In this document: positions 1 to 8,948 of the stretch, piece by piece | Numbering within the stretch: position 1 is the first letter of the stretch | How the letters are laid out: each line of letters begins with the position of its first letter | Source of the DNA: Macrostomum lignano | Lineage: Eukaryota | Assembly (NCBI GenBank): GCA_002269645.1 | Contig: NIVC01005015.1 | Location: 1-28,511 of the forward strand | DNA: 28,511 nt | Reading direction: 5' to 3' | Translations under genes and position numbers: made by a program | Notes under the pieces: generated by a model | Told to the model about the DNA's origin: nothing | The model's database searches: none | Seen by the model: only the letters and a program-made list of their open reading frames with translations

Positions 1-1319
1 TAAATTAATGGGTACACCGTGTGGTAACGAATAAACAGCGGGTGTAATCCCTATTCAAAAGACATTATGTACGAGCTAAAAAATAGGGGGGGGGGCGTGG
101 AGCCCTCAATTTACAGTACATGTACCAACTACTACGAGAAGGGGGATTTTCACGTAGGAAAATACTGACGTCAACTACACGTCAAAGTTACACTTAAAGA
201 AATGTTACAGTACAAGTTTACGTTTCGTCTACCTTAAACACCACTTCTAGGAACAAAACTTACGCTTAGATATGTTTGGGTTAAAAAAATATAGCTTAAA
301 AACGAAACCTAAGAATATTAACGAATTAAAATAAAAATAGTTAAAGTTCTTTACTACATAATTTTAAAAATATAGTCGTGCAGTGACTGACAGCTCTACT
401 CTTCACAAGGTGTAACTTTAAATTTATACTGTCAGCGTGCAGTACTTTAGTTAAGCAAAATATGTTGGACTACCACACAAAAACAATATGCGCGAGATGA
501 AAAAAAGACAAAACAATTAAAGAAAACAAAAAACAATCATATTTGAAAGAGCGTTTTACCTACAAACATACAAACAGCACAAAAAGTATAAGTGCGCCAT
601 TAAGTTTTCATGCTACAGAAAATTTCCACAGAATAATTCAAAAGAACATATCGTATTTTTTAGTTTTTCATTTGAAAACTTTAAAGAACGTGTTGATCAT
701 CGATCGATCATCGATCTCTATCACAATATTACAGGATTAAAATTACATTTTAATCTTGTAAAAGAGGAATTAAAACAAAGAGTAGTTACCGAAAAGCAGC
801 AAAGAGGTTAGCGAGAACTTTGAAAGATTAATATTTGAAAATATAAACTTTACGATGATTTCAAGCAATGAAACTTTGTAATTTCGCATTTCCAAATAAA
901 ACACCAATAAATTATTCTTCGTTGTCATTCTATTTGTATTAAATCAGGAACAAAAATGTCAACTGAGAGCACTACATAATTTGCTTAGGATGATTCTGTG
1001 TTTAAAAAGCTACTACAAAAAAACCTAAAAATCATAAATTTAAAAAGCTGTAAACTGTTTTACCATCAATTTCTACAACATAAAAATTGCTCACCTTGGA
1101 ATTCCAAATTTTTGGATTTCCAATTGATTTGGATTTCTGCAATTTTACTTATGAATATTTAATAACAGACGTAGATGTACTGTTTTCATTGGGATGATAA
1201 TTTAAGACGATTCGTAGAATTTGCAACCTAATTGTTTTTTTAAGTCAACCAATATCATAAAATATCTCGATCTTGTCTCAAAATATCACCTCTGAATTCG
1301 AGCTCCATCCGCCAGCTTC

Positions 1320-1806
1320 TCAGACGCAGCTACCGGACGCGGACTCCAGCCGGATGGACGCGAAGCCCTGGTCGCCAGTCGAGACGGTTCCGGACACGCA
1401 GCCCCCAGGCAGAAGGAGCCGCCGCCGCCAGCGATGTGCCCGTAGCCGACCCCGGCCCCGCCACCGCTGAAGCCGCCGCCAGCGCCCGGAGCTCCGTATT
1501 TGCCGCCGCACATGCAGCCGCCTCCGCCGCCTCCGCCGAAGCCGCCGTCGCAGGCGCTGCCACCACCGGCGCTGCCGCCGACCCAGCCTTCGGCCAGACC
1601 GCCGCCTCGCTCGCCATCACTGGAGCTGCGCCTTGGGTTGACGGCCCTGCCGAGCCAGCCGGCGCCGCAGCCGCCGTGGTTGGTAGCGTTGCGCGTGCTG
1701 CTTGGATCGTTTGTGCCCGGCTGGCCATTGCTGCCTCCGAATCCCATAGCAGTGTAGTGAGCTCCAATGGTGTCGGAGCCGTTGACACCGACTTCTGCTG
1801 GCCTTC
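1320..1806 (-). CDS. Exon 4 (last coding exon) of host gene A: C-terminal half of an ALK/LTK-type glycine-rich domain
   Basis: Acceptor TTAG at 1810-1807, phase 1, in frame with ORF 1286..1747 (GFGGSNGQPG...GGCGAGW...GGFGGGGGGG...GAGGGFSGG...GGGGSF). One G is missing in the G-run near 1402-1406. Restoring it gives ...CLGGCVSGTVSTGDQGFASIRLESASGSCV* with TGA at 1322-1320, matching the paralog C-terminus (CRGGCVSNGTWTGDQGFVSVLLESAS). Confidence 0.85.
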
Positions 1807-1883
1807 CTAATCAGAGTATCAAGCATTGGAACACATAACATATACATATACAGCACGGTGAATTTACATATAGTCGTAACAGA

Positions 1884-2702
1884 TGTTGTATCCCTGCAGC
1901 CCCCGGCCCGGCAGTAGGGTGGTCCTACAGGGTACAGTACAATCGGGTCCTTGCTAAGCCTGCGCGCGGGCGCTAGGGCGAGCACTTCCCTTGACAGTCT
2001 GGGGCGTCAGGACGCACCCACGCAGCCTTCCCACGCGTCGGGACGCAGTGGTGAGGGCCGCCTTCAGCGAGGCGTCGGGACGCACTGGCTGGCGTAGAGG
2101 CGTACGGTAGGTATCCTACTGCCGTATAAACCCCAACTAGCTGAGTCGGCGTCCGGACACACGGACTCTCTGCCCCCTAGGCAACCGAAAGAACGAAGAC
2201 AGGACGCGCACTTACTTAGTTGGCAGCTGTCGCTCAGGGCTCAGGAAGATGGCCTTCTTTGGTGTATTTCTTTATCAAAGTGGGTCTGTATAACTTGGGC
2301 TGTTTAACTTGGGCTGTAGATAGCTCTGACGAAGAACCACGTGCACGGAGAGGGGACAGTCGAGACGCGCACCGCTCCAACCCGCCGCGAGCGATGTTAA
2401 ATAGCACACGCCCGCGGAGGGGGAGGGCCACGCGCTCTCAACCCCACCACCCCACCAACCCCCAGCCAACCCCCCCCGGGGCCGGCCACCAAGCCCGCCG
2501 CCGGCTCAGCCAATCACCACGCGACTGGCTGGCCGCGACCAATCGCCACGCAGGGCGAGCAAACAAATGCCAAAACTTAAGCCTCTGGCTGCGGCAACGC
2601 AAAAAGGGGGGTGAATAACAAAAACTGAAAACAACTAGTTGAGGGGTGACTCAGCCCGCTGGGGCTAGGTGCACAGGCCCCGCAAAAGTGCACAACACAA
2701 CA
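1884..2702 (-). repeat. 3' LTR (819 bp)
   Basis: Direct repeat of 10031-10853. Manual alignment gives 3 substitutions and 5 indels, all in homopolymer runs. Confidence 0.97.
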
Positions 2703-2713
2703 CCCCGCCTCCC
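2703..2713 (-). other. Polypurine tract (GGGAGGCGGGG) preceded by a U-rich tract (TTTTGTT)
   Basis: Immediately 5' of the 3' LTR on the minus strand. Confidence 0.85.
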
Positions 2714-3521
2714 AACAAAAGGAAGAAGCTCATACGAGCCAGTAACGCTGATTACAGAAACAAATGACAACGAATGACACCACAGCTGCACAACCTGCAC
2801 CGCACATGGGCAAGGGGTTCAAAGGCTGCTTGACCTACATGACTGACAACACGCGTACATTAAATCGATGGGGTTGAACACGAAATAAAACAACCAGATG
2901 AACCAATGATGACAAAAGGAATTAACGTGTGATGCCACAAAAATTCGACCATTGACGACGCAAAAAAACTTGACTGCTAATGACGCAAAAAGATTTATGG
3001 AATTCTGACACCAATGATTTAACGATGAACGACACAAAAGAGTTTAATGATAAATGATTAGAGCTAGTCACTGTTCTCCACCGCACCGTCCCTGTGCTAA
3101 TCCTTGCCGAGTCGGCTGCCCTTTCTCCGTTGACTCTCGACACCTCGCCTGGGTCCGGGGTTCCGGCGCTGGCGTCGGCGTCACCAGAATTAAGCTTCAG
3201 CCCGGTGACTGCTTGGCGTCCGCTGGAACCCGCCTGGCCTGGGACCATCACTTCAGTGGAGGACGCCGCTGCTTCTCACCCGGCCGCCGCTATTGCTGTC
3301 CACTCTGGACGACCAGGTGCTTGCCAATCGTGCGCCTCCCGCCTCCAGTCTCCCGGCTGCCCCTCTACCTAACCCTCATACCACCCATACGGTAACCCAA
3401 CTGCATACGACTAACACGGAAAATACGATACACCCAACCCCCGCACCAGGGACAGGGAAACGAACAACCGGACACGCCCGACAGGGCCTGCACCCCCAGC
3501 CCAGCCCACACTCACACCCTA

Positions 3522-4505
3522 CTAGCACTCGCACGCCACCACACGAGCACAACAGCGCAGCAGCGCCTGGACCTGGCCCGCACCTAGCAGCTCGAACCGA
3601 GGGATCACCACCTTCCGCATCACTCGAGCTGCTCGCTTTAAACATTCGCGTTTCCAACCGCTCCGACGACCGCGTCCCTTGGACCACGTCACTGAAATGT
3701 CCCGGCGCAGAAACTTGAGCACTTGAAGTGTCACCGCCGTCAGATAACGCCTCGGCTCTTCTCGCCGCACCCTAAACAGGTCAGCCAGCTCCTCAAACAC
3801 GTTTACGATCTCTTCCTCCTCGCCCTTCAGCAATGCCGTTCTCAGACTCCGGCGCAGCTCCACAAATCTCGTTGTGCTCGGTAACGGTAGCTCCTCCATC
3901 TCGACTGTCGTCGCCCCGACCGGTACCAGCTTCCAAGCCTCGACATCCGGCAGGTCCTCCCCGTCTGTCTCCATCTCTCCGACCTGGTCTGTTTCGTCGT
4001 CGCTGATAATGATGCAGTAGCCGCTGTCTGGCGCATAGCTTCGCTCGAATGACTGACGAAAACCCTGCTCCTCGGCCTCCCAGCCGGGCGGCCGACTTCC
4101 GTCGCTGACGGCCGACTCACTGTCGGTATCCCCGGGTTCGTCGTCTCCACGGAAGGCGTCCGCATCCGACTGCTCGTCCTCACTCGGCATGTCCTCATCT
4201 TCCAGCCTGATCGCTTCCAGGATGTCCTCTGGCACGGGAATGTCTGACGGGGGTTGAACCTGTCTAGCCAACTCTACCGCCCCGCTGAACGAGATTGACG
4301 AATCACCGTACATGTCATACAACCACCGCCGAAATGGGCACCCGAGAATTTCATACGCGACGTTGAGGGCTTTGCATTTCTCTTCTGCGAATGCCCGGTC
4401 CGGGTGCTTGTCCGGGTGATACTTCAGGGCTAGCCGCCGATAGGCTCTCTTGACTGCAGTTGCCTCCACCCCCTGGTCGATCTCCAGTTCGTCGTACAAG
4501 GACAT
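3522..4505 (-). CDS. Retrotransposon-encoded J-domain (DnaJ/Hsp40-type, class C-like) protein, 327 aa
   Basis: aa 2-67 (LYDELEI...AVKRAYRRLALKYHPDKHPD...AEEKCKALNVAYEILGCPFRRWLYDMYG) match the J-domain consensus, with the HPD motif intact. Followed by an acidic region and a basic, helix-like C-terminus. Intronless, uninterrupted, ends in tandem TAG TAG, and lies inside the LTRs on the sense strand. Confidence 0.93.
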   Translation of the reverse strand: MSLYDELEIDQGVEATAVKRAYRRLALKYHPDKHPDRAFAEEKCKALNVAYEILGCPFRRWLYDMYGDSSISFSGAVELARQVQPPSDIPVPEDILEAIRLEDEDMPSEDEQSDADAFRGDDEPGDTDSESAVSDGSRPPGWEAEEQGFRQSFERSYAPDSGYCIIISDDETDQVGEMETDGEDLPDVEAWKLVPVGATTVEMEELPLPSTTRFVELRRSLRTALLKGEEEEIVNVFEELADLFRVRREEPRRYLTAVTLQVLKFLRRDISVTWSKGRGRRSGWKRECLKRAARVMRKVVIPRFELLGAGQVQALLRCCARVVACEC

Positions 4506-4530
4506 CTACGGAGTGCCGTTTCTTGCCGTT
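4506..4530 (-). promoter_or_regulatory. Candidate splice acceptor directly before the J-ORF ATG
   Basis: Minus strand reads TTTTAAC (branch-like)...CACTCCGTAG|ATG. The pyrimidine tract is weak. Confidence 0.45.
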
Positions 4531-4623
4531 AAAATCGCATTTTCCGCTACTAAACCTGGTCCGTGTGCCTTCCGACTCATCCACCCGCTACAACCACCTA
4601 ACCGCCGACAACCCCCAACCCGT

Positions 4624-5784
4624 TCAGAACCTCAGCCGATCCGGCGGTCGCCTGTGCCGAGTCGGATATCTCCTGGTGGTGAGAGTCTCCGCTGCGGGCG
4701 CTTCTAGTCCTTTCCATTCTTCTGGTGGATCGGGTCCTTCCCATTCTTCCGGCAGGCCACTTTGAGGCGACTCCGAGCTTCTCACGCTACCACCGACCTC
4801 GTTCTCCAGTCCTTGCTCGACCTCCGCTGGTGGTGGTCGACCACGTCGGCCTACCTGCTCAGCTTCCTCCTCTTCATCCTCTTGGCTCTGCACGTCCTCT
4901 GTCACCGCACCTCCTTCCTCCTGGCTCGCTTCGTTCGCCGCTGACCTCGACTTCTTATAAGGCGACAGGTTGTTGAAATGTACTCTTTTGGTCCTCCTTG
5001 GATTAGCCGGATTCTGAACTTCGTACACGGTCTCGGAAATCTTCCGCACCACTTCAACTGGTCCCTTCCAATCGACCCGGAACTTGTTCGGCACCTCCCC
5101 CGGCTTGGCTGGCACGAACACAAAAACTAGGTCCCCGGGTTGGTGCGCGGATCCACGTACTTTCCTGTCGTAATAGTCCTTCTGCAACTTCTGGTATGTG
5201 CCGGTCGCTCGTCGCACTGCTTCATGTGCTTGATGGAGGTGCTTTCTCAAGCCGGCCACGTACGTTGACTCGTCCAGCGGCTCTTGTGGTGTTTTGTAAG
5301 CTACATCCAGTGGTAATCGCATCTCTTGGCCGTGCAGGAGGAAGTACGGTGTGTAGCCAGTGCCGCGATGCACACTTAAACGGTACGCCATCAAGGCTGA
5401 GTCGATTAGTTCATCCCATTTGTGTGACTCTGCTCCCTCAGCGATGTAGCTTCGCAGTACTGACTTCAACGTCTGATTGAACTTCTCCACCTGCCCATTT
5501 CCACTTGGATGGTAGGCCGTGGTTCTGGTTTTCTGGATTTTCAGAAGCGTGCACAGCTCTCGCATTACTCGAGACTCGAAGTTCCGCCCTTGGTCACTGT
5601 GAATCGAACTCGGGCAACCGTAGATACTAACCCAGTGCCCAAATATGGCGCGCGCCACTGTTGATGCTCGTTGGTTGCGGATCGGGATCGCTGCCGGCCA
5701 TTTAGTGAACGCATCCTGCAGCGTTAAGATGTACTGATGACCTCTGGCACTCCTTGGCAACGGCCCGACAATGTCCACCATCAC
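4624..5784 (-). CDS. Integrase catalytic core and C-terminal part of pol
   Basis: DDE motif (VDIVG, SDQG, QVEKF), GPY/F-like WKGPVEVV, and terminal RRYPTRHRRPPDRL. No chromodomain seen. Disconnected from the upstream pol by the inverted duplication at 5773-5869. Confidence 0.95.
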   Translation of the reverse strand: MMVDIVGPLPRSARGHQYILTLQDAFTKWPAAIPIRNQRASTVARAIFGHWVSIYGCPSSIHSDQGRNFESRVMRELCTLLKIQKTRTTAYHPSGNGQVEKFNQTLKSVLRSYIAEGAESHKWDELIDSALMAYRLSVHRGTGYTPYFLLHGQEMRLPLDVAYKTPQEPLDESTYVAGLRKHLHQAHEAVRRATGTYQKLQKDYYDRKVRGSAHQPGDLVFVFVPAKPGEVPNKFRVDWKGPVEVVRKISETVYEVQNPANPRRTKRVHFNNLSPYKKSRSAANEASQEEGGAVTEDVQSQEDEEEEAEQVGRRGRPPPAEVEQGLENEVGGSVRSSESPQSGLPEEWEGPDPPEEWKGLEAPAAETLTTRRYPTRHRRPPDRLRF

Positions 5785-5869
5785 TCTCTCAAAAGGTTCG
5801 CCCGTTCGAATCGGCTCTCCACTGGAGCCGATTCGAACGGGCGAACCTTTTGAGAGAGTGATGGTGGAC
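5773..5869. repeat. Perfect inverted repeat (45-bp arms, 7-nt loop) from a local inverted duplication inside integrase
   Basis: GTCCACCATC...TCGGCTC / TCCACTG / GAGCCGA...GATGGTGGAC. The native integrase peptide PLEPIRTGEPFERVMVD appears on the plus strand (ORF 5771..6061). Confidence 0.95.
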
Positions 5870-6451
5870 TCTAGCCTTCTTCGCCAACTTCGAGCGGCCG
5901 CAGACTTCGCAGCTCCTTACGCTCTCGGCGATCTCGCGGCTGATCCCGGGTCTCCAGAACCGTGCAAGGACCTTTCGCTTTGTCTTCTGCAGGCCGAAAT
6001 GGCCGCCCGCCACGCCACTATGACAGTCGATCACAATCCTCTGCAGCAGACTCTGTGGTAGCACAATCTGGTCCGCGCCTTTCCACCTCCGCACCAATAT
6101 TCCGCCGTCCACCTTGAGCTGCTCGCACTGCGCCATGAGCGCTCTGCCCCCTGGGGTCCATCTCAGCTTCTCGCTCACGCTCTCATTTCCGCTGACCAGC
6201 TCTTTCATCCATCGAATCTCGTCTTCCGCGTACTGCGCTTTTACCAGTTCATGTCGCTCGTCAGCCACGTTCAGCGCACTCACACCATTTGAGATCACTG
6301 GTGCAAAATCTGAGCAGGATGGAAATTCTAGGAAGCCTGCATGTCGCCGGGTCTGCCGTCTTGACAACGAATCCGCATTTCCGTGACAGAGCCCGCTGCG
6401 ATGCACCACGTAGTAGTCGAATTCTGCCAGCTTTTCCAGCCACCTAGCACA
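5870..6451 (-). CDS. End of RNase H, connection and integrase HHCC zinc-binding domain
   Basis: In frame with 6452..8899 after a TAG: CARWLEKLAEFDYYVVHRSG...HGNADSLSR...HSGVAGGHFG...CEVC. Confidence 0.9.
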
Positions 6452-8899
6452 CTAACCTTCTGGATCCTTCAGATTTTGAATCCACTTCAAGTTGTTGTGA
6501 TCCGTTCGCAAGCAAAATCTTCTTCCAGCCAGATAGTACCGATACTTGACCATGAACGTCACCACCGCCAGCAGCTCTACTCTGGTCGTGCAATAGTTCC
6601 GCTCTGCCGATGACAACGATCTTGAGCCATACGCGATAACCTTCTCACTTCCGTCCACTTGCTTCTGAGACAACACGGCGCCAATGCCAATAGATGAGCT
6701 CGCATCCGTGTCAAGAATGAACTCGCCGGCCTCGGGTCCAAAATCCGGAAACGCCATCACGTCTGTACTCGTCAGCCGCGCTTTCAAGTCCCGGAACGAT
6801 CGCTCTTCGTCCGGTCCCCACTCAAACTCGACACCTTTGCGAGTCAACCTGAGCAGCGGCTCGGCAACACTCGAGAAGTTTTTGATAAATCGGCGATAAT
6901 AGCTGCACAATCCCATGAACGATTGCACGTCTCTGGTGTTCTTCGGTTGGGGCCAGTTTCTGATCACTTCGACCTTCTCACTCTCCGTCTCCACTCCCGC
7001 CTCCGACACCTGATGGCCCAGGAACGTTACCTTCTTCATCAGAAAATGACACTTCTCTGGCTTCAACTTCACTCCAGCCTTCCGCAGCCGAATGAACACC
7101 TCTTCTAACCTTTCCAGATGCTCGTCAACCGTCTTGGACCACACGAGGATATCGTCCAGGTAGATTAAGCATGTCTTCCAGGCCACGTCGCGCATTGCTA
7201 GAGCCATCAGCCGCGTGAAAGTTGCAGGGCTATTGACGAGTCCGAACGGCATCACTTTCCACACGTACTGACCCTTCAGAGGCACCGAGAAGGCCGTCTT
7301 GAGTTGATCCTCTAGTCTTAATTTCACCTGCCAGTAGCCGCTGTGGAGGTCCATCGAGCTGAACACTCTGGCTCCCGCCAGTTCGTCCAACGCATCATCC
7401 ATCCTCGGCAACGGAATTGCATCTCGTGTCGTTACTTTATTCAAACCACGGTAGTCTACACACATCCGTAAGCTGCCATCCTTCTTGCGTACACAAACGA
7501 TTGGCGCGTTCCAAGGAGACTGTGCTGACTCAATGCGTCCCTGCTCTTCTAGCTCATCCACGAGAGCATGCACTTCTTGCCTAAGGTGCGGGGGCAGCCT
7601 CCGTGGCGGGATGTTGACCGGCTTGGCCTCTCCAGTGTCGATCTGGTGCTCCACCAAGGGTGTCACACCCAACTGTGCTGAGTCCGTCGCGAAAAGATCA
7701 CCGTACGAGTCGACTAAGTCCTTAAACCGCTGGCGCTGCCTCTCAGTCGTCATTCCGTCACCCCACTTGCCGAGCTTCTCCCAAACTTTGTCCTCTTCGC
7801 GTTCCTCGGCCTTATCTGTCCTGCTGAGACGTTCCTTTGAATTACTTTGCAACGCCGCGATCCTTGGCTGCTCTTCCAGTTCCAGCGGTCGATACCAGCC
7901 AACAGCCTCTCCTCGCCGCAACCGCACCGGTTGCTCTGATAGGTTGCAGACACAAACCACAATCTTTCCGTTCTCATCTGGGGTCACAAGCGTTCTCGCG
8001 GCAACCACTCCAGTTCCCTTGAGGTGCTTCAACGGATCCATCATTCCTGCTACTCGGACATTTCGACCTCCCCTCGTATCCAGTCGACCGAGCAGAACCG
8101 CCTCGTGGCCTGGTTTAACCGTTGCTGTATCATTCAGGCGAATCCGGCACACCACTGGTCGCTCTCGTTGGAACCGGATCGGAAGCACTACATTCCTGAG
8201 TCGCAGCTCTGCTCTGGCGTAATCGATTTGGCAGCCATGCCGTTGCAGAAAGTCCGAACCCAGCACGAGGTCGTAACCAATCCCTGCCACCACCAGCACG
8301 TCGATCGGCACGCTCTCATCCATTTCTAAGTCCAACGTGGTGACACCAATCACCTGAATGGGACTGCCATTTGCAGTTGTGACTTTGGCGAATGGCCCCC
8401 GGAAAAGCTCTGGTTTGTACCGCAACCACGAGAACATCGCCTCCGACATGATGGTACACGAAGCTCCCGAGTCCAACAGCGCTGACACGTGATTATCTTT
8501 GGCAATCTTTATACTCACATAGACTGATGTCGGGACGATGTTGATGGTGGCCTGTGAAATACTCGGCTTCGGGACAGTGCTAGATGCTCGAGTCAGTGAT
8601 GTCGCAGCCGGTGCAAACGTCGATGAAGCAGCAGGTGCGACGGTTGATGACGCAACAGGTGGGACGATTGATGACGCAACAGGTGGGACGATTGATGACG
8701 CAACAGGTGAGACGGTTGATGATGCAATAGGTGGGACGACTGATGACGCAACAGGTGAGACGATTAATGACGCAACATGTGGGACGATTGATGACGCAAC
8801 AGATGGGACGACTGATGACGCAACATGAGAGACGATTGATGATGAGTTAAATGACGCCTGATCCCTTTTCCTCGACGGCTCCATTTGGGGGCGTTTCAT
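6452..8899 (-). CDS. pol: aspartic protease, reverse transcriptase, RNase H
   Basis: LLDSGAS (PR), CVDYRGLN and YLDD (RT), ILDTDAS...AERNY...ELLAVV (RH). Ends at a premature TAG in PEG*CARW, where PEGQxARW is typical. Confidence 0.97.
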   Translation of the reverse strand: MKRPQMEPSRKRDQASFNSSSIVSHVASSVVPSVASSIVPHVASLIVSPVASSVVPPIASSTVSPVASSIVPPVASSIVPPVASSTVAPAASSTFAPAATSLTRASSTVPKPSISQATINIVPTSVYVSIKIAKDNHVSALLDSGASCTIMSEAMFSWLRYKPELFRGPFAKVTTANGSPIQVIGVTTLDLEMDESVPIDVLVVAGIGYDLVLGSDFLQRHGCQIDYARAELRLRNVVLPIRFQRERPVVCRIRLNDTATVKPGHEAVLLGRLDTRGGRNVRVAGMMDPLKHLKGTGVVAARTLVTPDENGKIVVCVCNLSEQPVRLRRGEAVGWYRPLELEEQPRIAALQSNSKERLSRTDKAEEREEDKVWEKLGKWGDGMTTERQRQRFKDLVDSYGDLFATDSAQLGVTPLVEHQIDTGEAKPVNIPPRRLPPHLRQEVHALVDELEEQGRIESAQSPWNAPIVCVRKKDGSLRMCVDYRGLNKVTTRDAIPLPRMDDALDELAGARVFSSMDLHSGYWQVKLRLEDQLKTAFSVPLKGQYVWKVMPFGLVNSPATFTRLMALAMRDVAWKTCLIYLDDILVWSKTVDEHLERLEEVFIRLRKAGVKLKPEKCHFLMKKVTFLGHQVSEAGVETESEKVEVIRNWPQPKNTRDVQSFMGLCSYYRRFIKNFSSVAEPLLRLTRKGVEFEWGPDEERSFRDLKARLTSTDVMAFPDFGPEAGEFILDTDASSSIGIGAVLSQKQVDGSEKVIAYGSRSLSSAERNYCTTRVELLAVVTFMVKYRYYLAGRRFCLRTDHNNLKWIQNLKDPEG
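8603..8842 (-). repeat. 24-bp coding minisatellite, about 10 units of SSxVxPVA, upstream of protease
   Basis: Plus-strand unit approximately GACGATTGATGACGCAACAGGTGG; translated SSIVSHVA SSVVPSVA SSIVPHVA ... SSTFAPAA. Confidence 0.92.
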
Positions 8900-8948
8900 G
8901 ACCTCCGGGGCTCACTTCCCCCACTGCGGGCCCCGCTCTCCATTTCCC
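8884..8948 (-). promoter_or_regulatory. Candidate -1 ribosomal frameshift signal at the end of gag
   Basis: G GGA AAU heptamer in the gag frame (8948-8942), a 6-nt spacer, then potential H-type pseudoknot stems CGGGGC/GCCCCG and UGGGGG/CCCCCA. Confidence 0.65.

Noticed and set aside
1330-1810. Ala-rich and Pro-rich ORFs overlapping exon 4 (and the equivalents at 22585-23048)
   Set aside because: Alternative-frame or antisense shadows of GGC-rich glycine codons.
2220-2618. 132-aa ORF in the LTR (and its 10366..10731 counterpart)
   Set aside because: The two LTR copies differ in frame at homopolymers, there is no recognisable domain, and GC-rich LTRs give chance ORFs.
1884-2702. Heat-shock elements in the LTR, which would fit the J-domain cargo
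   Set aside because: I found no nGAAnnTTCn-type repeats by eye.
3522-3700. J-ORF C-terminus as an env-like transmembrane or fusion protein
   Set aside because: No signal peptide, furin-like cleavage site plus fusion peptide, or hydrophobic transmembrane stretch is visible.
8538-8828. Plus-strand ORF with DDATGGTI repeats
   Set aside because: Antisense reading of the 24-bp pol minisatellite.
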